Part shown: piece after piece, positions 1-10,786 of the stretch
Position numbering within the stretch: position 1 is the first letter of the stretch
Layout of the letters: each line of letters begins with the position of its first letter
Assembly (NCBI GenBank): GCA_000165425.1
Contig: CT868065.1
Span: forward strand, 124,001 to 174,740
DNA length: 50,740 nt
Direction: 5' to 3'
Source of the DNA: Paramecium tetraurelia
Lineage: Eukaryota
Position numbers and translations under genes: made by a program
Notes under the pieces: generated by a model
Told to the model about the DNA's origin: nothing
Databases searched by the model: none
The model's input: only the letters and a program-made list of their open reading frames with translations

Positions 1-505
1 AGATTTGTAAAAAATAGTTTAAAAATTATAAATTCAATCAAAATCACTGATAATCAGTCAAGAAATTTTCAGTAAGGCAATTCAATATATTTTAGTAATT
101 GAATGTTAATAAAATGATGAATTCATGAAATTAAAAAGGATAACAAAAATATATGAAAATTTCTAAATGCACCTAAAAGAGACATTCATTTATCGACTTG
201 AAACCTGTATTAGAGATTACGTTTAGGCTTTGAAAATTATTAACGAGTATAGAGAATTAAAGGATCAAATTTACAAAGATTCTTAATAAATTAATAACAT
301 TAATATTGGGAAATCAAAGTTGGAGGAGCTTAAATATACTTTAAGCAATAATAAATAAAAGGTCGAATAGATATACACCAACTTTTTAGATGATCTTCCA
401 ATGTTCAAATAAACTTCGTAATTGCATTTGAAAGATATCTAATCTAATTTTCATTCAGAACTTTCAGCATTCTATTTTACACTAAAAAACTTAAAATAAT
501 TATGA
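1..505 (+). CDS. 3' part of a helical/coiled-coil protein, possibly the BAR (Vps5-like) tail of a sorting nexin; 5' end lies outside the window
   Basis: Intron 72-95 (GTA..TAG, 24 nt), then an open code-6 frame ...ETFIYRLETCIRDYVQALKIINEYRELKDQIY...VEQIYTNFLDDLPMFKQ... ending at TGA 503-505. The family call is only a resemblance. Confidence 0.55.
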
Positions 506-566
506 TATATAATTCAGTTATTTTGATATTGAATTTATTTAATTAAGTTATTGATATATTTCAAAA

Positions 567-2719
567 ATGTCTAGTAGCAATTAATAGGATGAATCCTACG
601 ATGAAGAGTAAGAAGACGATGAAGTTGAAACTGTTTAGGAAAATGGTTTAAAATAGTTATTCAAAAACCAAGGTATATTATGTTAAATTAACTTAAAATT
701 AGAGTAATTCATGTAATAAATCAATTATCTCAATGAACAAGCAGTGATTAAAATTAAACTCTAAAAGTTCAAAGAAGCCATGAAGTTACTTTAATAATCA
801 GAATAAATGTTGGAAGTATTCCATATTCATTATCCATAGTATGCTGCAAGTTGTGGCAAAACCATAGATAAAAACTTAATTATCGTTGTTCTCTACAATT
901 AAGCATGTGGATATTAGTGGTACAAAAAATAAACTATATTTAGTTAATGGGTTTTGGACAAATGTTCTAAATATTTATCTGGAGTGATTTATAATATGGA
1001 AGAAAGCATGAAAGAAGAAGAATAGGATACAAACAATCTTGCAAGCGCTTAAGAAAGTGATGCCTCTTTAGTCAAAAAGAAAGCCTTTCTAGCAAGGACA
1101 CTCTTACAACACACAGCTATCTTGAGTCAATTAGGAAAGTATAAATTAGCATTAAATTAGACATAAATTAGCATTACAATCTGCTAGAAAAGCAGCTAGT
1201 ACAATGAGGGAAATATTTAAGATAGCTTCTCAATTTTGTAAGGACTGGTTAAACAAAAATGGATCCCTGGGATCAGCAACAACTGCCAATTCAACTCTAA
1301 CAACGAAGTCAAAATAAAAAAATAATAAATTCCAAATGAAAGATGAAGTAGAATTCAGTAGATTAGTTATTGATGCCAGTAAAGATATTCTCTAAGATTT
1401 GTCAAAGTAATAAGATTTAGATAATATATCTAATAATGAATAACTGATACTTAGAGAGGCTAAGAGATAGTTATATTTCTGGAGAAACAATCCAGAAAAT
1501 AATGAAAAACATATTCGTAAAGAATTGAGATTAGATCAAAAGGAAGATGATTATCGTTCCATCCTTGGAGTTCAAAATGTGCAGGAGTGGATTCAAACCT
1601 TCAATATTGGTTTCATCATGCACATGACTCCACAAATCTATGAAGACTTCTCATCGCAAGGAGAAATGCTGTATGAGATATCCAAGAGATTGTTGCTGGA
1701 GAAAATCATTTATTTATCTATATCCTACTTCACCATTGCAACTGAACTAAGGTTTATTGAATTAGATAAAGCTAAACAATAAGGAATCAAAGACATTAAT
1801 ACTGACGAGTTTAAATTAAGCGAATTATATCATCTCAAAGCAGTTGAAATTGCTTGTAAAAACATTACTTGCTCATCTCCTTATATTAATCATTTAATCA
1901 CAAGTTATCACAAACATTATAACTCTAATTTAGATACTATATAAGAAGAATCTATGATGTCTATGGTATCAGAAGTGAATTACAAAGAATAAAAATTATA
2001 AAAACTGAAATAGATGTAAATTCAAACCCAAAGAGAAAATCAATCTATTCTCAAAAATTTAGCAGAAGTAAAATTAAATGATTCATCTCCATCTGGAAAA
2101 TTTGTAAATTCTTTTTTAAATTAATAATCTCCATTAAAAAATAATCGAAATATCAGTGATAATGTAAAACCATAAACTAGTCTGATGGAATAGATGATAA
2201 TTAATAAAAGAAGATAATAAATGCCATCAGATATGTCTCCTAAATAAAAGATATCGTTTTTTAATGCAACATCAAACAATAGTTGTGAAAGAATTAATGA
2301 AAAACTATTGAAGACATAAGAAACTTTGCCAATTTAGCTATAACCCTATAAATCAGCTAAAACAACTTTTAATAATCTTATTAAGCAAAATTAAAACTCT
2401 TAGGCTTCATCTAACCACAATAATAATGGACTTTTGAAAGCATTTTTTTTTGATAATTGTAGAACTGAAAGAATGAATGCAAGTTCGAATTAGTCACCCA
2501 GGAGAGTAGGGAGGTCTCCTGAAAAATCTCCAGATAGATCTTAAATTTCCTTAAAACCTAGAAATTCTGTTTTGGGCAATAAAACTCCATAAAATAGACC
2601 TAGAACAGACACTGAACAATGTAAATATTAATAACTATTCAAAAGAATGTCATATTAAGTTTGAAACTATCTAGTAGTTATTAAGAGGGTAATATGGTAC
2701 TAATTAAAAAAGAAAATGA
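567..2719 (+). CDS. Hypothetical protein with N-terminal TPR-like helices and a low-complexity S/P/R-rich C-terminus
   Basis: ATG 567 (MSSSNQQDESYDEEQEDD...), tiny introns at about 673-702, 816-839, 919-942, 1139-1160 and 2621-2645, TGA 2717-2719. TPR-like segments include INYLNEQAVIKIKLQKFKEAMKLLQQSE and LLQHTAILSQLGK-HKLALQSA. Confidence 0.75.
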
Positions 2720-3550
2720 ATATAACTTATCATTCTTATTAGTTTTGTTTATTAGTTGTTAGATAATTTAATTTATAATTTAATACATAAAAATGATTTA
2801 TCAAAATTGAAGGTTATTTGATGTAAATTATATATTTGAAACGACAAAGCCTTCATAACTAAAGATTTATATTTTATAGAAAATTGTCAGCATTTGTTCA
2901 TTAGTTTCAATTCCTTTATTTTAGTATCTTTAAATGCACTTGTTTTATTGAAGTATTTAAATAAACCTTAAGGTATTTTTTTTCCTTAAATTCTAAATTG
3001 CTTTATGGTTAAGTGCTTTAATTGTTTAATGATAGTCTCTGCTTTTTTAATTATTTTTAAAAGTCCATATGATACATATTCTTAGTATTTTACCTATATT
3101 TTCCATCTTTTCTAGTTTATAATAGTTTCTTATTTGTAATTTATATTTCATATTTGATCGATTACTTTGAAATATTTATTCTATTTTGCAAATGTGATAA
3201 TGTTGTAATTGAAGCTCTTTGACCTCAAATAAGTATCCAATTGATCTTCATAGCATTTATCAATTAGATATCTTCAATATGTATCATTGAACCCTTTCAA
3301 GTTATCATTTTCGTTTTACCCTAAAATTATCCCAAATTCAGGAATGTTTGAGTGACATTTATATTAATTTTAAATCTCGACATTATTATTTTTGAATGAT
3401 TTATTATGAATACCATACCAAACATATTTAAGTTAGTAGACATAAATCAGAAATGGTGTTTGAATCTACTTTCTTAAAATTATATATTCTTGATGAGAAA
3501 TTATAGTTTTAGACCTTATTATAATTAATAATTTGCATATAACATTGATA

Positions 3551-4901
3551 TCATTATTAAGCACATTAGACTCTTTGTCCACCATGTCCTCTTTCATCAT
3601 CATCATCTTCTTCATCCTTCTTACCACCTTCTGGGTTTGAATTTACGTGAGTTTCATCGTAATCTTCTAAAAACAAAGTCTTTTTAGCCTCAAGTTTTGC
3701 TTATTATTTAGGACCTGGTAAAACCTTAAAATAACCTTTTAAAATACTTTTTTCAATTATTCAATCTAATCACTTTTTATTTATCCAGGTAGAGGGAACT
3801 CAATTTCAAATTTAATATGAAGATCACCTTCACTCATGGCATCTTTGTAACAAGGCATACCCTTCTTTTTTACTGTCTTTACTTGAGCTAAAATAATAAA
3901 CTCATTAATTACCTGGTGAGATAATTTCTCCAGGCTTAGTAGAGATGTGTAGATTAGTTCCATCTAAGAATTTTAATGTGAATTGTGTTCCTGTCAAGGC
4001 TTCGACTAAAGTTATCTTTTTATTCATAAATAGATCAGCACCTTTCCTTTCATAAACATCGTGTTTCTTTATTTTAATTCTAATATAAAGATCTCCTGCC
4101 ATAACTCCTGGCACTTCATCACTTTCTCCGTAAAATTGATAATCATGCTCATCAGGTACACCTCTTTCCAATGGGATTTCAATTACTTTTTCTTAGTCTA
4201 TTACTTTATTTCCTTTGCATTTTTTGCATCTATCCTTTTCTGGGAATATTGTTCCATCACCACCACAATCATTGCATGGTCCTGTAGATTAGGAATACAT
4301 TCCTGGACCAATCATCTATAATTTTTGCACCATTCCTCTTCCTTTACATGTTGTACATGTCTTTGCATTTGCACCTCCTTTTCCTTCACATCCGTCACAA
4401 ACCCTCTTTCTTTTGTGAGTCAAATGAATCATCTTTCCTTCAAATACTTCTTCAAGTGTGACTTATTATTCTCTCATTTTTGCTTTCATTTTTTTAGGAC
4501 CTTATTCTCTTCTTCCTCCGCCACCACCAAAGAAATGGCTGAAGATATCTCCCATATCTCCACCGCCACCGCCATTTTTAACACCCTCCATACCGAAACG
4601 ATCGTAGAGGTCTTTTTTTTCTGGGTTTGAAAGAATTTCATAAGCCTCAGTCAATTTTTTAAACTATTATTTGTGAATTAATCCATACTTTTTCAGGATC
4701 ACCACCTTTATCTGGATGCTCCTTTATAGCCTTTTTACGAAACGCTTTTTTGACATCATCTGTAGTGCTTTAAGGAGCTACTCCCAACAGTTCATATAAA
4801 GTTTTGTTGTCGACTTCTGCTTAACTATTCGAAGATTCCTCTTCTCCCATACCACCAAATGGAAAGCCTCCAGGAAAACCACGAAATCCACCTGAGAACA
4901 T
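3551..4901 (-). CDS. dnaJ: Type I Hsp40/DnaJ co-chaperone (DNAJA/Ydj1 family)
   Basis: J-domain with [12 protein letters not shown]-rich linker, four CxxCxGxx repeats ([32 protein letters not shown]), [18 protein letters not shown]-terminal CaaX box CAQQ-TGA. Introns 4664-4688, 3888-3912 and 3725-3747. Confidence 0.95.
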
Positions 4902-5416
4902 CTATTAAAATATTTAAAAATAGTTTGAAAATTTTGATAAATTTTGATTATAAAAAAAGAGATGTTTCTAGAAACTTTGATTTTATTATTTATTTTAATT
5001 TATTTCTTTTTTAAGATGCTCTTCCTTATTTTTTTTTAAGACTCCTTTAATATATACTTACGTTTAAAATGATTGATGTGAGTACCACATAATAGAAACT
5101 CTTCCCTTAAAATTTGAAATTCAACATTCTCTCATTTAACTAATTTTAGAATTGGCAATCAGAATATTAAAATCCAGCATTTTGAATGAAAAATAAATGC
5201 TACTATTAAATGTACACTCATTTAGAATCAAGATATTAACTTGTGAGCAGAAACTCAATATTCTTTCTTCTTCAAATTTTTGAAATTAAATTAAATTTTT
5301 ATTTTTTAACATAGACTTGTGTTAAATGTGCATTTCTTTTTTTTCATAAATATTATAATAAAATAGTGTCTATATTGAATCAAAAATTCTCATCTTTAAA
5401 TTTATATATTTTTATA

Positions 5417-6714
5417 ATGTAAGATTTTAAAAGAACTAAACTTGAGAGTTCTTGTAATAATATTTAAATTGACTTATATTAGATAATTCTTAAAGAACAG
5501 AAGATTTTTCAATTATCAATGGCCAACCTAGTGTTTATAAATAGTAGGAGTAAAAAATTACTTAATTTGATGAACAAGCAAGTGAAATATCAGAATACTA
5601 AGAAAAGTAAATGTTTAACTAATCTAGCAAATCAACGTCACTTAAATAGCCTTTACCTATCATTTAGTAAAATATTGAAAAATCAGTATATGAATCCTAA
5701 ATTTATGAATCAATCGCAGATTCATAACCAGGATCAGAAATTCAAGCCCTTATTCAATAGAAAAAAATATAAGATCAGAAACCAGTATGATATTGAATAA
5801 TATAGATCTATTTAAATATCATGGTTGTTGGATAATCAGGATTGGGAAAATCGACATTTATAGATGTCTTGTTGAAAAAAAAACTTGGAACTGGACAAAT
5901 AATTAGAGATTCCACTCTTTAAATCTAAGAAATTTAGGGTATCTATCACTTTCTATTGAAGGGCAAATCTATAATAACGATTTAAGTTTAAATATCAAAT
6001 TTATTGATACTCCAGGTTTTCGACACTAATATGGTTTACGTTCATGGTTAAAGTTACTTAGCACCTATATTCACAATCAATTTAATACATATAAATTAAG
6101 ACAGACCTAATAATATGAAAGCAAGGAGAAATTTTAATAATTATCATAATAAGATCTTGATGAAAGAGTTCACGTTTGCCTCTACTTTTTTTCAGGTCCT
6201 AGAATTTAAGCAGAAGATTTATAAGCCTTGAAAAAGATAAGTGGTTTAGTGAATGTCATTCCAATCTTAGCAAAAGGTGATTCATATACAAAAAATGAGA
6301 TTATTCAATTGAAATAGTAGTTTAATGATCTCATTAGCGAATATCATATCGATTTATTTAAATGCCAATGCAACAACAGCTATCAAGAAAAAGGTTAATT
6401 TGGTATCACCCCGCCTTACGTGATAATTAGTTCAATTGAATAATTTTAAGTTGGAAATCATTTTATTTATGGAAGGTAACAGAATTATAAAATTTAGAAA
6501 ATTTCCTTGGGGAATTTGTGACATTTTTAACCCTTAACATTCAGATTTGTCCATACTTTATAAATTATTAATAGGGCATTACTGTTTTGAACTAATTAGT
6601 TTGACAGAATATCTTTACAACAAATATGAACAAAAAGAAAAAGAAAAACTAAAATTATAATTATCGAATTAAAATTGGTTAAGAAACCTTTTGCGCTATT
6701 TCTTTAATTTATGA
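5417..6714 (+). CDS. Septin GTPase
   Basis: IMVVGQSGLGKST (G1), IDTPG (G3), RVHVCLYF, VNVIPILAKGD (G4), and septin unique element GRKFPWG..HSD. Three tiny introns; TGA 6712-6714. Confidence 0.92.
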
Positions 6715-7043
6715 ACTATATTATGCTTCAAATAAGTTAACAATATAATATATATATGATTCAACTTGCAATATAATAAGATTGTTGATTATTTTATCCT
6801 CTTTATATAGTTATCCTTATTCAACTAAGTTTAAGAGAAAAGTCTATATTTAATTTCTTTAATTTAATCAAAATTTCAGTTTGAAATACCCTCAGGGCTG
6901 CTGGGCTAAATTTAAACACTAATAGTAGGGAAATAGATGAACAATATAATTATAATTAATTGCCACATTGTATTAGAAAATATAAAAAATAATATACTAA
7001 CTACAGAAAAATTAACATCATTATACTTAATAAATAACGGTGA

Positions 7044-7955
7044 TCAATTTATTGGACTGATGTATCTATGATTTTTTAACTCACCAGCATATACAATGCC
7101 TTCTTTTGTTATGAATTTTCCTTTGCCATTAATTTTATCCTATAACCAATCTCCGACATATTGATCTCCATTTCTTATAACTTAAATTATATCAATACCT
7201 AAAAATGAATTACCCTTTCCTTATAAATCAATTATCCATTGCACATTGTATAAACTCCATCACTATTTTTTAATTCCTATCCCACTCTCCTACATAAGTA
7301 TCCTCATTAGGGTATTACATTTTGGCTTAGCCTCATAATTGCCCATTTACCAAATATCCTTCTACTCTTGCTTCATCATTAAATTTTATTATTCCAAATC
7401 CATTTCTTTCATTCTTTTTGAAGTCTCCAACATATACATCTCCATAGGCATAACCAGCCCCTCCTTTTACATGTCTTTCTCCTTCTCTCCAATTTCTATC
7501 ATAATATACCATTCCGTGTTTCAAACCATCAGACAATACTCCAGAATATCTTTCCCCTATATATCATTAAATCTAATACCATTTGCAAATAAATAGGGTC
7601 CTGAACCATTAAATTTATCATCAAACCATTCACGATGTCATCGTTAATATAATATTATATTCTACACCCTAATCTAGATCAAATTATTTTATATACCACT
7701 TCTTTTATCATTAGATAATTATCCTTTGTATCTGCTACCATCAACAAAATTCTTTATTTACAATATCTTCTTAAATTTCCTTTTTCATCGTAAATATATA
7801 GTTATTTGAATTCTTCGATCAGTTTTCTTTTACTCTATTTTCAATTTAAAAAATACTTCCAATTATAATTATTTAAAACCTTCAATGTTCTTTGAAGGCT
7901 TATTCTCTAAAATGTGAACGATATTAGATTATAAAGCACTCTTTATTTCTGACAT
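7044..7955 (-). pseudogene. MORN-repeat protein pseudogene
   Basis: MORN units (GDVYVGDFKKNERNGFG, GDQYVGDWLQDKINGKG) are interrupted by an in-frame TGA at 7333-7335, a frameshift just after it, and several truncated repeats. Confidence 0.8.
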
Positions 7956-8213
7956 TTTTAAAATGAAATTTATAATAAGAAAATCTAAAGCATAGCAAGG
8001 GTAGACCTTATCCAAATTCTTACTAAATAAATTTGTTAAAAGGGCGCTAGTAAATAATAAATTAGATTAATAAATAAATAAAAAGTTCATATCTTAGAGT
8101 AATTTATAATTGGAAATTTTTAATAGTGATCACAATGCAAGAAATTGATCCAAAAGAAAATATAAACAAATAATTATGGTTGAATAAGAAGAAACCTGTA
8201 TAATTCATTCTTA

Positions 8214-9340
8214 TCAAACTTAGATGTTTGAGAAATCAGCGCTTTAGACAACAGATAAAGCTTATTCGCTGATTCCGAGTTCTCTAGTGAATTCATTCTT
8301 TAAGTTAGTGTATGTGTCGGTTTCTTCTGCATAGGTGTTGTTTTCTAATTCAAGTTCTGCAGTGTATTATTTTCTGTCTGCATCTCTTTAGTCTCTGAAT
8401 TCAGTCATTTAATCAATCTTTTCTATAAATTCATTATATTATTTAATTACCGTTGGTGGCTGTCAAATCAACATTGACTCTGTTAATTTATCTTTAGAAT
8501 TCAGCATATTCATCATCTAATTATTCAAGATATTCTTCATGATCAGCTTAAGCTTAGGCCTCGGCAGCTGTTTAAGCATTGATAGAATCAACAATAGCGT
8601 TTCTGAATTCATTAAGGGCATCAACGATTTAACCAATAATGCCTTAGTCAGAAAAATTTTAGTTTGATGCTAAAGAAATAAGAGCCTTGATCATTGGAGC
8701 CATCTTGGATCTTGACTTGATTTTTGCTTCAATGTTTTTCAATGAGTTTTAGAATCTTTTAACTTAAAGAAGTGATGGGTTTGTAAGGGTTTAAAGAAGA
8801 GCAAGAGCATCATCAACAGCAGTGGTTGCATCATTCAATTCAGCAATTTAGAATTCAAAATCTTCGTGTTCTTATTCTCTTACTAGAATAGCTTCATCGT
8901 AGTTCTTTCTATTAGCTTCTTAGTTATCTTAAATTTATTCAATTCTGGCTTGGAGTTATACTCTTCTTGGGAACAATAAATTATCTAATGTGTCTTATGT
9001 ATTATTAACATCTAAATAAATTGTATTTATTTTTACCAATAACAGCATCTTATATGTCTTATTCGAGGCTAACAACTAATGAATTGTGCTCGTTGGTTCT
9101 GACTTAGAAATTGAATTCTAATTCTTCTAATTCCTCTTCAAGATCATTAATAAGTTCTTCAATAGCATCGATTAATTCTTAAACTGGACCTCCAGCCATT
9201 GAATGGAGCTCAACTAAGTGAAGCAAAGCACTTCCATATGTGCTCTATTTGAGGTCTGTTGTAATTTTAGCAAGATTTCTCTCTTGCACTCTGGCGGTGA
9301 AGGCTACTGCAATCAAGGCAATTAGCAAAATTGTCTTCAT
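8214..9340 (-). CDS. TMP: Trichocyst matrix protein precursor (TMP, most like the T1 family)
   Basis: Signal peptide MKTILLIALIAVAFTA, pro-region ending ELHSMA|GGPVQELIDAI, acidic heptad helices, central PSLLQ plus basic linker, then NFSDQG starting the second mature domain. Introns 9012-9036 and 8423-8450; TGA at 8214. Confidence 0.9.
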
Positions 9341-9599
9341 AAGATAATTATTGTTATTGTCAATAAAAAAATTACATAGTTAAACAATAAAAACGACTAG
9401 TCTTCATTAATTAATAATGAATAAAAACGCTATACTATAATCATTATTTATAATAAAACCATTAATTAAAAGCATTTTACTCCTAATCTTTTTACACAAT
9501 AATTTTCTTCCTTTTTGTCCATTGAGGAGGATAACAAATCTTATCGGATAAAGTACTATAAATTAAACAATCTCTTTAGAATGCATAAATTCATAGAGA

Positions 9600-10720
9600 A
9601 AATCTCTTTAATTCAAAGTTTACATATTAAATAATACTAATTATATAATAAGGATGAATCATTCAACTTACTTGTTCAAATAATATATTCCTTAAACAAG
9701 AAAACTAAATGCAAAAGTCATTTTTAGATTATAAAAGGTAGTAAATTGAATATTAATTTAAATGATTTACTAAACAAATAATGATGTTAAAATATTTCAA
9801 ATTCTATCCTCAATCTATAAAAGTTTCAAATATTATTGGTATTTATTTATTATAAACAATAACCTCTCATTTAGCTTTTGTTACTGTTTATAATCATTTG
9901 ATTTTTCTATAATTTTGTTGCAAAATTTTATAATTTTATTATAATTAAGCTGTTATCTAAAAATTATTTGGATAGCCATATCATTTATCCAGATATGAAT
10001 GAACTTGATACTTCATTTTAAGAAAAAAATAAATATTAAATATTATCGATTACTGTTTTCAATAAGAAAACAAAAATAAAGGCTGAAATGTATTATTAAT
10101 TTGATTTACTGTGAAAATAGTTATCATTTGTCAAAGTATTATTCAAAAGCGCCCATATTAAAATAAAAATGATAATTGGATTGAATGGGAAATTAGTGTT
10201 AATTTAGAATAAAGAATGCTCAATCTCAAAGGTATTTTTTAACTAACTATTCATAGATAGGAAACTAAAACAATATTACATAAGTTTAGTGAAATATGAG
10301 AAATCATTAATAGTTTTGAGTATCTATTAAAGTTTTTAATTTAATTAAACCAAACGAATCATAAATTTTCATTAAATTTCTTCAAAATTAGACAACATTT
10401 AATACTAAAATGAATTGTTTTCAAATAATAAATCAATCAAATATATTCTAAATAGACAATATAATTAAATAAATTAGATCAAGGAATGATAAAATATAGG
10501 TTTGAATTGAATTGAATACAATAGAGCAAATTCAAAAGTAATTTAATTATAGATGCAAAATACTTTAAAAATGAGCTTCTTACAATATATCAATAATGAA
10601 ATATAATAGTTTTTTTAATATTTGAAGTCAAATCAAAAGGAATTTCATATTTAATACAAGTAGCCTTTAATTATAAGAAGGAAAAAAATTGATATGAATT
10701 TTTCGGTGGGATGATTATCT
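9600..10720 (+). pseudogene. Possible decayed gene remnant in an unusually long intergenic interval
   Basis: Patches read like coding sequence (LKNYLDSHIIYPDMNELDTSF; NDNWIEWEISVNL) but are broken by TGAs and frame changes. Boundaries are approximate. Confidence 0.25.
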
Positions 10721-10786
10721 GGTTATCTATTCTATTTTCCCATTCATATTTCTTTAATATTTTATTTAAAAACGGATAGATAAAAG

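Noticed and set aside
2750..3400. Minus-strand frame with three TGAs, considered as TGA recoding (Trp/Sec)
   Set aside because: A few TGAs per 200 codons is about what chance gives in AT-rich DNA. No SECIS or recognisable domain was seen, so it is at most a pseudogene remnant.
5040..5350. Small minus-strand ORF between DnaJ and septin
   Set aside because: No motif or valid intron, and the length is compatible with chance under code 6.
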